Assembly: GCA_000004985.1 (NCBI GenBank)
Contig: GG739039.1
Source: Naegleria gruberi
Lineage: Eukaryota
Length of the DNA stretch: 9,185 nt
Reading direction: 5' to 3' (one strand)
Positions 1-7,460 of this stretch are shown one piece after another. A model generated the notes under the pieces. That model ran no database searches. It was not told where the DNA came from and saw nothing but the letters and a program-made list of their open reading frames with translations. Made by a program: the position numbers and the translations under genes. How positions within the stretch are numbered: the first letter of the stretch is position 1; every line of letters begins with the position of its first letter.

Positions 1-1693
1 TTTCATTTAAATTTAAATTATCAATTACACTTAAATTTCTTAAATGTAAATAATTTCTAGTTTCATTTAACATTTGTTCTAAATCTTTTCTTTCCTTTTT
101 AAATTTAATAAATTCATTTTCATATTTAAAAATTAAATTTTCAATTTCATTTAAAATATTTAAAATATTTAATTCAATATTTAATGAAATATAAATATTA
201 TTTAATTTTTCATCATATTTAATTTCATTATTATTATTATTTAAAATAATTATATTTAATTCTTTATTATTAAAAATATAATTAGAATTTAAAAATAAAT
301 TTAAAATATTTAAATATTTATCATTATGAATTAAATCATCATTTGAACATGTAATTTGATTTATATTTAATTTTTGTGAAATTAATTTTTCTAAATTTAT
401 AATATTTAAATAATGTTTTTCATAATTTTTAATTTTAATAATTTCCTCTTTTGGTAAATTAATTAAAAAATCAAACCAAATTTTAGGAGATTCATTTGGA
501 TTAAAATTAATATATCCTAATTTATTTATACCTGTATTTCCATTTCCAAATTTAATTTCAATTTCTTGATTTAATATTTTTCTAATTAATAATATTTCAT
601 ATGGATATTCTATTTTTAGTAAATTAATTTCATGTTTAATCATTTCTTTTTTTCCCCAATTAGAAGTATCAACTCCATATTTAGTATTTAAATAATTTGT
701 AAATTTTATAATTATTTGATATTGTTTTTCAAATGAATTATCATAAATATTAAATCTAATTGATTTACTATTTATATATTCATTAATTTTATTTCTAATT
801 AAGGAAGTTAATATTTCAAATCTACGAATATATAATATTTCAAAATCTAAATTTTTATTTTTAGAATATTCATTTATTTTATTTATAATTATAAATGGAT
901 TATTATTTGAAATATTATCATCATTAAAATTATTATTATTAAAATTATTATTAAAATTATTAAAATTATTTAATTTTTTAAAATTTTTAAAATAATATTC
1001 ATTTAATTTATTTATATTTTCATTTTCATTATATTCTAATAAATTTAATAATAAATTTAAATTAAAAATAAAACAATCTAATTGTTGATTTGTAGATAAT
1101 TTAATATTTAAAGGTAAACCATATAAAGTAATTTCAAATGGTTTTTCAATATTTTTTTTATAAAATTTAAAATTATAAATATTAAATTGTTTTTCATAAT
1201 TATTTAAATTATTATTTAAATAACCTTTATATTCATCTAAAAATGTTTGAAATATTGTTAATGATTTTGAATTTACTTTTTTAATTTCTTCATTTATAAA
1301 TAAATCTGGATGTGTTAATTTATATAATTTCCTTATTTGTTTTTTAATTTCTATACTTGATTCAATTGATTGATTTGATTGATTCGATTGATTATTAGAA
1401 TGATTATTAGAATGATGATTATATTCATGTTGATTAGATTGATTAAATGATTGATAATGATAATATTTAATATTATAAATATTATAAATATTATTAACAT
1501 GATGATGAGAGTGAGAAGGATAATTTATTAGACAATTCGGAATGAATAAAGATTTTATCATTATTTTACTATTAGAATGATGATGATGATAGAATGTACA
1601 AGTATTAATTCTACCAACAACTCTAAAAATATTGCCACCATTGTTATTGACAATGTGGGTGTGTTGATAAAATGATTGTTTAAATCTTTTCAT
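1..1693 (-). CDS. TCAIM-like protein (DUF4460/DUF4461 family, HPD motif; putative mitochondrial), 3'-partial: ORF runs off the window start
   Basis: Checked by hand: there is no in-frame stop on the minus strand from the ATG at 1693-1691 down to position 1 (>=564 codons) in ~85% AT DNA. An in-frame TAA lies immediately upstream of the ATG, and the start context is AAAAAAAATG. The N-terminal ~100 aa are rich in R/K/H and lack D/E, which looks like a presequence. The segment IRKLYKLTHPDLFINEEIKKVNSKSLTIFQTFLDEYK resembles the TCAIM/C3orf23 motif ALRPFYFAVHPDFFGQHP...NENSLKRLSVYLENL. Not listed in the ORF track because there is no stop within the window. Confidence 0.75.
   Translation of the reverse strand, partial: MKRFKQSFYQHTHIVNNNGGNIFRVVGRINTCTFYHHHHSNSKIMIKSLFIPNCLINYPSHSHHHVNNIYNIYNIKYYHYQSFNQSNQHEYNHHSNNHSNNQSNQSNQSIESSIEIKKQIRKLYKLTHPDLFINEEIKKVNSKSLTIFQTFLDEYKGYLNNNLNNYEKQFNIYNFKFYKKNIEKPFEITLYGLPLNIKLSTNQQLDCFIFNLNLLLNLLEYNENENINKLNEYYFKNFKKLNNFNNFNNNFNNNNFNDDNISNNNPFIIINKINEYSKNKNLDFEILYIRRFEILTSLIRNKINEYINSKSIRFNIYDNSFEKQYQIIIKFTNYLNTKYGVDTSNWGKKEMIKHEINLLKIEYPYEILLIRKILNQEIEIKFGNGNTGINKLGYINFNPNESPKIWFDFLINLPKEEIIKIKNYEKHYLNIINLEKLISQKLNINQITCSNDDLIHNDKYLNILNLFLNSNYIFNNKELNIIILNNNNNEIKYDEKLNNIYISLNIELNILNILNEIENLIFKYENEFIKFKKERKDLEQMLNETRNYLHLRNLSVIDNLNLNE
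1361..1450 (-). repeat. (GATT/GATTGA)n-like coding repeat (QSNQSNQSIES / HSNNHSNN) in the TCAIM-like gene
   Basis: gattgattgatttgattgattcgattgattattagaatgattattagaatgatgatt. Low-complexity expansion, in frame. Confidence 0.8.
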
Positions 1694-1759
1694 TTTTTTT
1701 TAAAAATAAATTGAAATTCAACTCAACCACTAGATGATTAAATTGTCAATTAGTTGTTT

Positions 1760-1820
1760 GGTTGGATGTTTAAAATGATAAGAACGATAGTGCTTCAAGA
1801 ATCCATTCAAACATCCAACC
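1760..1820. repeat. 12-bp inverted repeat (GGTTGGATGTTT ...37 nt... AAACATCCAACC) 70-130 bp upstream of the TCAIM-like ATG
   Basis: Arms at 1760-1771 and 1809-1820 are exact reverse complements. Confidence 0.85.
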
Positions 1821-2374
1821 CTCTAAACATTTCACAAACCAATGACCAAATTCTGTGTTTGATTAATAGTACATTGAGAACCTTCACAGATAACGTTGGA
1901 ACGGTTGAAGATATAATCTATTATTGAAGCCAATGACTTTTTGGTTCATTCCAATAATGAGTGATTCAGTATGAATATCAGGGATATTTGTTGAATCAAT
2001 GGACAACAATTCAATGATCGTTGTGAATCGAAATGGTCATCTTAGGCAAGCCAGCAGCTCCAACTTGGAATGATCATTCCATAGCTTCCAAAGAATCCAA
2101 CCCATACCAACTGATGATTTCCAGGCTTCCTCTATAGATTTGAAAAGATTGAGTGGGATCACAAATTGTTTGATGTGGAAACATCTACTCACAAATTTAG
2201 GAACAATCATGTTCAGCTTAGCAACATGATTAATCATATCTATGCTTGAAATTAGGCTTTCATCAACGTTTGTAATTGTACTTATTCAATAGTATAACAT
2301 ACATTAATTCATGGTGTTTCATTGACGTACGCTAAGCGCTGCTATATCTTATTCATGGAATTACATATTATTGC

Positions 2375-2425
2375 AGCACATTGTGATAACGATAAATACG
2401 AACGGGTTAGTTATCACAATGTGCT
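2375..2425. repeat. Perfect 16-bp inverted repeat (AGCACATTGTGATAAC ...19 nt... GTTATCACAATGTGCT): strong hairpin
   Basis: Arms at 2375-2390 and 2410-2425 are exact reverse complements. The spacer is GATAAATACGAACGGGTTA. Confidence 0.9.
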
Positions 2426-3031
2426 CTCTACATTTAGTACTACGTAATTATATGATATTTCTTGTGTACTTACGTTAATACAATTACTTGGAGTCAATTA
2501 TCAATGTAGTTTGTGAGTATTTATTAACTTGCAATTAATGTGAGAAATATATTTACAACAGAATAACGAGAACATCAATCAATATGCATGAACTTCAGAA
2601 TTCCATCGTTACGAACCATCTATAAAATTCAACTCCAATCCAGAATATTTATTACCTGTGGCTATTCCAACACATAGACTATTTTAAGAGTCACCAAAAC
2701 GTACCACTGAAAATCAATCACACTTGCTTCTTTTAAAGGCTTTTGGAAATTCTCGATTAGTTTAGTTTTCTTTGGAAGTAAATTTAAGCTAATATTTCAG
2801 AATTTGAGTTTTCCAATAGTAAGGTGAACAAGATAGATTTGCTGAACAATTTCGAAGGTGAAATTAATAGACGAAAGTTGGATTATCCTTGCATTCTCTC
2901 TGGGTTTTGCTCAATTGGCTTTTTTGGAATTGATTTTTCTTTTGTAAATTAGCATCTGGAAATACTGGCCACAAACTGTTGTGAGCTTGTAAAACGATAA
3001 TCTCATTAAATTAGTAGTAATAAATAATTTA

Positions 3032-3402
3032 TTAAACAAACATGAATAAAGAATCCCATAATCTCTGTAACCAATTCTTTTCTTTTGTTTGTACTAAATA
3101 AGTAGAATTTGAATGTGAATTACAAAATACTTTCCATAAAATTCCATTTTTAGATTTTGCAACACTTGTTAATTTTGTTGGTAATTTTCTATTTTCAAAA
3201 TCACCTAATCCTAAATTACCATACTTGTTACAACCACTCATATAAAATTCTTGTTTTGAATTATTACTATTTTTAGATTGAGTTCCTATAAATATTGAAT
3301 GACACATTCCACATTCTACATCTATTATTTTACTATTTAATGTTTCATTTTCAAAATATTCTACCATGTTAAATTCATATCTATTTTTAACATCTCCTAA
3401 TC
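3032..3402 (-). CDS. RCC1-repeat protein, exon 4 (LGDVKNRYEF...GCNKYGNLGLGD...FMFV, stop TAA 3034-3032)
   Basis: Acceptor tttatttatAG| at 3404-3403 joins the phase-1 G of exon 3 to GA TTA GGA GAT, giving GQLG-LGDV. ORF-track ORF 3032..3367 lies in the same frame. The RCC1 motifs VECGMCHSIFIG and GCNKYGNLGLGD are present. Total model length is 1443 nt = 480 aa. Confidence 0.75.
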
Positions 3403-3469
3403 CTATAAATAAATAAAATAATAAATAATAAATAAATTAAATTAATAAATAAATTAAATAAAAAATTAC
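3403..3469 (-). other. Spliceosomal intron 3 of RCC1-like gene (GTAATT...TATAG, 67 nt; (AAATAA)n repeat inside)
   Basis: The ORF-track translation ...DGQLGNFLFNLFINLIYLLFIILFIYRIRRC is read-through of this intron. GT/AG splice sites are present. Confidence 0.75.
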
Positions 3470-3908
3470 CTAATTGACCATCTTCATTTTTACCAGTTGA
3501 AAAAACTTCACCATTTTCAGTAACAACAATGGTATGATCTAAACCACATGAAATAGCTCTAATAGTAGGTGATTCATCCATATATGGATAAGGATATCTA
3601 AAAATAGGTTTTTTAGGAGTGAATGAATATCTAATTGATTGACCCATTCCAATTTCACCATTTATATTAAAACCACACATAAATAATTTACCAGAATTTG
3701 ATAAAAAAGCAGAATGACATGCACCTGTTGAAATATGTGAAATAAAATCACCTTCATAAGCCATATAATCAAAATAATCTAATCTAATAGGTTTACTTAT
3801 ATAGGAAAAATCTATTAATTCCCCTTTTGGATTTATATACACTTCATTTTTAACACGTTGTTCCATCACTTTAGGATCAATTCCTAATTGTCCAAATATA
3901 TTTAATCC
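3470..3908 (-). CDS. RCC1-repeat protein, exon 3 (GLNIFGQLGIDPK ... STGKNEDGQLG)
   Basis: ORF-track ORF 3387..3869 reads through intronic sequence at both ends. The in-frame extension upstream of its Met encodes KGLNIFGQLG and then hits a stop 5 codons further up, consistent with the acceptor aaaaaaAG|GGA at 3910-3909. The donor TTA G|GTAATT at 3469 follows ...DGQLG. Blades include ISTGACHSAFLSNSGKLFMCGFNINGEIGMG and ISCGLDHTIVVTENGEVFSTGKNEDGQLG. Confidence 0.75.
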
Positions 3909-4016
3909 CTTTTTTTAATAAATATTATTATTATTAAAATATTATTATTAAATTAAATTAAAATATTATTAAAATATTAAATATTAAAATATTAATAAAA
4001 TTATATAAAAACATAC
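3909..4016 (-). other. Spliceosomal intron 2 of RCC1-like gene (GTATGT...AAAAAAAG, 108 nt; (ATTAAAAT)n-like AT microsatellite inside)
   Basis: Canonical GTATGT donor. AG acceptor followed in frame by an RCC1 motif. The exon frame upstream of the acceptor is closed by TAA. Confidence 0.7.
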
Positions 4017-4099
4017 CATTATATAAATATGATGATCTCTTGTTAATATTATAGTATGAAAAGCACCACATGCAATAGATGCTACCTTTTCAGGTAATT
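4017..4099 (-). CDS. RCC1-repeat protein, exon 2 (ELPEKVASIACGAFHTIILTRDHHIYIM)
   Basis: Acceptor ..ctaaaatAG| at 4101-4100 and donor ATG|GTATGT at 4016. The exon encodes an RCC1 blade core (IACGAFHTIIL..DHHIY) and restores frame from phase 1 to phase 0. Confidence 0.55.
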
Positions 4100-4164
4100 C
4101 TATTTTAGTAAAATGATTTCTATATTTAATTTTCATAGATAAACCTAATTGACATATAAATAAC
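4100..4164 (-). other. Spliceosomal intron 1 of RCC1-like gene (GTTATT...TAG, 65 nt)
   Basis: GT/AG boundaries, AT-rich. Alternative in-frame pairing: donor TAT|GTCAAT (4153) with acceptor AAAAG| (4087-4086). Confidence 0.5.
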
Positions 4165-4714
4165 CTTTATCAGTTGAAATAAATGTAAAATCTCTTCCAC
4201 ATACTACATTTGTAATAAAATCTTTATAATTTAATTCTTTTTCTAATTCTTTAATTTGAATTTCTAATTCTTTATTTCCATATTTAGTATTTTCATTTTT
4301 AATATTATTATTATTATTATTATTAAAATTATTATTATTATTAATAATAGGATTTAAAACATGATCAATATCAATATGAGTTGACATTTCAATTTTTTCC
4401 ATATGTTGTTGATACATTTTTTTATCCATTTGTGGATTTAAATTTTGTAAAAAAGAAGAAACATTTCCAACACCAACTTGACCAAATTCATTCATTCCAA
4501 TTCCATATAATTTACCTTTACTTGTTAATAAAAATGAATGTTTTTCACCTGATGATATTTGTTTAATTCTTTCATCTTTTTGTAATGGAATTGTATTGGA
4601 AAATGTTAATACATTTCTATTTATATTATCATGAAGAAATAATTGATAAAATTCATTATATCCACTTGAAAATAATCCTGTTTTATATGAAGATAACCAT
4701 CTACTACTAGTCAT
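4165..4714 (-). CDS. RCC1-repeat protein, exon 1 (Met at 4714-4712; ends phase 1 at AAG|GTTATT donor)
   Basis: ORF-track ORF 4145..4714 contains an RCC1 blade (IKQISSGEKHSFLLTSKGKLYGIGMNEFGQVGVG). Exon end is inferred from the donor AAG|GTTATT at 4164 and from frame continuity with exon 2. A poly-Asn tract and an ELEIQIKELEKEL coiled-coil-like insert lie inside. Confidence 0.65.
4301..4346 (-). repeat. (AAT)n coding microsatellite (poly-Asn NNNNNFNNNNNNN) inside RCC1-like exon 1
   Basis: (ATT)n on the plus strand. In frame within ORF 4145..4714. Confidence 0.85.
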
Positions 4715-4715
4715 T

Positions 4716-4770
4716 TATGTTATGTTGTGTTGTGTTATGATGTTGTGTTGTTGTTGTATTGTGTTATATT
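4716..4770. repeat. (TGTTG/TGT)n tract, read as (CAACA/ACA)n on the transcribed strand, immediately 5' of the RCC1-like start codon
   Basis: tgttatgttgtgttgtgttatgatgttgtgttgttgttgtattgtgttat directly abuts the ATG at 4714-4712. It forms a CA-rich leader on the minus strand. Confidence 0.8.
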
Positions 4771-4821
4771 ATTATTTATATAAAAGTAATTGATTATTAT
4801 TGTTGAATGGATAATGATGGT

Positions 4822-4920
4822 GATGATGATTGTGTGGTGGTAGGAGAATAATGTTTTGTTTTTTTAAAAACAATAACACGGATTATTTACAAAATTAATA
4901 TATTGGATGATGATTGTGTG
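4822..4920. repeat. Two copies of the 15-mer GATGATGATTGTGTG (4822-4836 and 4906-4920) in the RCC1-like upstream region, with adjacent GTGTGGTGGTAGG G-box-like sequence
   Basis: Exact 15-bp direct repeat 84 bp apart, 110-205 bp upstream of the ATG on the minus strand. Confidence 0.8.
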
Positions 4921-5104
4921 TAGATAATGATGCAAAATCACAATATATTTACTACTACTGTCTCTGTTGGGTGATGAATTTTTTTATAATTATTTAATTG
5001 TTTATTATTATTTCTCATCACGGAATGAAATGATTCGGTGATTTAAAAGAATCCTCCCTTGTTCATTCTATCAGATCAGCATGTAATGATTAATATTTTG
5101 ATTG

Positions 5105-5110
5105 TTTATT
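5105..5110 (-). terminator. AATAAA polyadenylation signal candidate ~85 nt downstream of the TPR stop codon
   Basis: TTTATT on the plus strand equals AATAAA on the minus strand. In AT-rich DNA this has low specificity. Confidence 0.3.
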
Positions 5111-5193
5111 ATTATTCATTTGAATTTAATCAAATGGAAATACTTGGTAATAGTAATACAGATTTTCATTGTTTTGATTGACAAAGTTAATCG

Positions 5194-7398
5194 TCACATC
5201 ATTTCAGAACCCTGGTTTGCTTGATTTTCTAATTCAAGAGCTTTAGTGTAATCTTGAATGGCATTGTCAAAATCACCCATTGAATCAAAAGCACTTCCTC
5301 TGTTGAAATAAGCATTAGCATTTGTTGGGTCCAATTCAATTACTTTGGTAAAATCTTGAATGGATCGAGAATAATTCTTCAGTTTTTCATATGAAATTCC
5401 TCTATTATGGTAGGCATGAACATTCTTTGGATCAATCTTTATCACTCTATCATAATCAGCAATAGCCAACTCGTATTGAGATCTCTTAGCAAATGAATAA
5501 CCTCTATTATTTAAAGTCTTGATATTATCAGGTTCAAATTGAAGAGTTGTTGTATAGTCCTTAATAGCCTCATCATATTTACCTAGTTTTCTATAGGAAA
5601 ATCCTCTATCAATAAATGCTTGAGTATTGTTTGGATTCAATTCAACAGCTCTTGAATAATCAGCAACTGCCTTTTCATATTGACCCATATTCTTATAGGT
5701 TGTAGCTCTATTGATGTACATGGTTGGACTAGGAGTTGTCTCAAGTGAAATTACAGCTGTGAAATCATTAATAGCATCATCGTATTTTCCAATTCTATCA
5801 TTTAATAACCCTCTTGAAATAAATGAAGGAATATTGTGAGAATCGAGTTTGATAGCTGTCGACCAATCCTTAATTGCTTCCTCAAACATTTCTGCCTTTT
5901 CAAAAGAGCTACCTCTGTTATGATAAGCATTGATATTCTTTGGATCAATACCCAAAGCCAAAGTGTAATCGTCGATAGCCTTCTTGAAATTAGAAATCTT
6001 GTCATAGCAAAATGCTCTATTATAATAGGCTTTAAAGTGCTTAGGGTTGATTTGAATTGCTTTAGTGTAATCTTGGATAGCTTTATCAAATTGTCCAATC
6101 TTACGATATGAAAATCCTCTATTATGGAAAAAGTCAGCATTACTTGGGTCAATATCTATAGCTTTGGAAAAGTTTTCAATTGCCTTACTATATTGTTGTA
6201 ATCTATCATATGAAATACCTCTATTATAGTACGTGTATGAATTTCTTGGTTCAATATTCAATGCTATTGTGTAATTTTCAATAGCCTTTTGATATTGTCC
6301 CAATTTATCATATGAAAAACCTCTATTGAAATAGGCCTTGAAGTGTTTTGGATTCAATTCAATGGCTTTGGTATAGTCTCTGATAGCAGAAAGGAAATCT
6401 CCCTTTTTACGATGTGAGAATCCTCTAGAGTGATAGTAATCAGCATTCTTCACACTGACATTATCTTCTTGAGCATTACCTCCGCTCACTGTGCTGATGG
6501 AATCTTCTTGTACACTAGCAGCATCTTCTGTCGAGTTAAATTCATAATCATTATTATTCAAATCATCTTCATAGGTTGGTGAACTGTTAGCAACAGAGTT
6601 TCTACCACTACCTGCACTATTCAAACTAGCAAAGCTATTTGTTGAGGAGAAGGATTGAGATCTTGGCCTAATACTAACTGCAGGAGATACTGGATTTCCG
6701 ATTGCATTATTACTAACACTATTCATTAGAATACTAGCACCCGATGGAGTAGTATTAATTGTTAAAGAGTTAGTACTCATTGTGCTATTATTCAAACTAG
6801 AAGGAATGTTTGAGAGTCCACTATTGAAAATGGATGAATCTCTCATCATACTTGCCTTAACATTTTCCTCTTTTTGCTTCATATATTCCTCAAAAGAGCT
6901 GTGACCCTCAGCGAGATATCTTGGAACTCTTCTTCTTCTCTTTGGAGATGATACTTGTTGACTCTTCTCTTGATCTCTTTCTAAGGCAAATTCATAATCA
7001 AGAATAGCAGCTTGGAAATTACCTCTTCTATTATGACAAGCTGCTTTGCTATAGCCAGCATTAACATGGTTCGGATCAATTCTCAATACACTTGAATAAT
7101 CTTCCAAAGCCTTGTCTAACAATTCTATTTTCTCAAAACATTGTCCTCTATTAAAGTGGGCATTAACTAGTGAATTAGTAGTACCTCCTCCAATCAACAT
7201 TTGATTTGAATTATTTAGAAATGATGCACTTGTTACACTCATCTTACTCGAATTACTAGTAGGACTATTACCACCTCCCATATGTAATATATCAATTATT
7301 GTTGAATAATCTTGAATAGCTCTATCATATTCATCCTTCTTAGTGTAGGATTGTGCTCTAGCTACAAGAGCCTTTACATTTGAAGGATCGGCAATTAA
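5194..7398 (-). CDS. TPR-repeat protein, exon 2 (LIADPSNVKALVARAQSYTKKDEYDRAIQDYSTIIDILHMGGGNSP... ~13 tandem 34-aa TPRs ...GSEMM, stop TGA 5196-5194)
   Basis: ORF-track ORF 5194..7281 (695 aa) has tandem TPRs of the form Y.NRGFSY.KLG.Y.KAI.DY..AI.L.P....AY.NRG. The frame stays open 39 codons upstream of its first Met and encodes a further canonical TPR (DPSNVKALVARAQSYTKKDEYDRAIQDY). It ends at an in-frame TAG preceded by tatatAG|TTA at 7400-7399, which is the intron acceptor. A Ser/Asn-rich low-complexity linker lies at ~6480-6900. Two-exon total is 818 aa. Confidence 0.8.
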   Translation of the reverse strand, partial: LIADPSNVKALVARAQSYTKKDEYDRAIQDYSTIIDILHMGGGNSPTSNSSKMSVTSASFLNNSNQMLIGGGTTNSLVNAHFNRGQCFEKIELLDKALEDYSSVLRIDPNHVNAGYSKAACHNRRGNFQAAILDYEFALERDQEKSQQVSSPKRRRRVPRYLAEGHSSFEEYMKQKEENVKASMMRDSSIFNSGLSNIPSSLNNSTMSTNSLTINTTPSGASILMNSVSNNAIGNPVSPAVSIRPRSQSFSSTNSFASLNSAGSGRNSVANSSPTYEDDLNNNDYEFNSTEDAASVQEDSISTVSGGNAQEDNVSVKNADYYHSRGFSHRKKGDFLSAIRDYTKAIELNPKHFKAYFNRGFSYDKLGQYQKAIENYTIALNIEPRNSYTYYNRGISYDRLQQYSKAIENFSKAIDIDPSNADFFHNRGFSYRKIGQFDKAIQDYTKAIQINPKHFKAYYNRAFCYDKISNFKKAIDDYTLALGIDPKNINAYHNRGSSFEKAEMFEEAIKDWSTAIKLDSHNIPSFISRGLLNDRIGKYDDAINDFTAVISLETTPSPTMYINRATTYKNMGQYEKAVADYSRAVELNPNNTQAFIDRGFSYRKLGKYDEAIKDYTTTLQFEPDNIKTLNNRGYSFAKRSQYELAIADYDRVIKIDPKNVHAYHNRGISYEKLKNYSRSIQDFTKVIELDPTNANAYFNRGSAFDSMGDFDNAIQDYTKALELENQANQGSEMM

Positions 7399-7460
7399 CT
7401 ATATAATCATCATCATTTAAAATTAATTCATCTCCAAATAATAATAATATTAATACAAAC
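7399..7460 (-). other. Spliceosomal intron of TPR gene (GTTTGT...TATATAG, 62 nt)
   Basis: GT/AG boundaries, ~90% AT. Both flanking exons are in phase 0, and the junction joins TPR-like sequence. Confidence 0.55.

Larger units (their letters stand above)
1725..2995. other. GC-elevated non-coding island (local GC up to ~45% versus 10-20% flanks); candidate ncRNA gene or degenerate transposon relic
   Basis: Composition jumps sharply at ~1725 and ~2995. The longest ORF is 66 codons with non-host-like codons. The island contains a perfect 16-bp inverted repeat and several ACGT-core palindromes. It lies between the 3' end of the RCC1-like gene and the 5' end of the TCAIM-like gene. Confidence 0.4.

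Noticed and set aside
2101-2230. C-box-like CTGATGA (2110-2116) suggesting a C/D snoRNA
   Set aside because: No CUGA D box at an appropriate distance downstream on the same strand, and no terminal stem.
2037-2237. 66-aa minus-strand ORF inside the GC island
   Set aside because: Not called as a gene: short, with non-host codon usage and no recognisable motif. Kept only as a possible decayed transposon ORF (see finding on 1725-2995).
2900-2990. Weak resemblance of ATTAGCATCTGG / GGCTTTTTTGG to U6 (GATTAGCATGGCC) and to U2 or Sm-site sequences
   Set aside because: The conserved ACAGAGA/AGC boxes are absent and the similarity is confined to a few bases.
3909-4016. AT microsatellites ((ATTAAAAT)n, (AAATAA)n at 3409-3470) as possible independent repeat elements
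   Set aside because: They lie entirely within short introns and are typical dictyostelid intron filler.
4381-4566. 61-aa plus-strand ORF (MTFQFFPYVVDTFFYPF...)
   Set aside because: Lies antisense within RCC1-like exon 1, is Phe/Tyr-rich as expected from reading an AT-rich gene backwards, and has no start context. Spurious.
5802-6152. 116-aa minus-strand ORF and 91-aa plus-strand ORF (5836..6111) inside the TPR gene
   Set aside because: These are alternative or antisense frames of a region where the TPR frame is unambiguous (tandem 34-aa repeats). Spurious overlapping ORFs.
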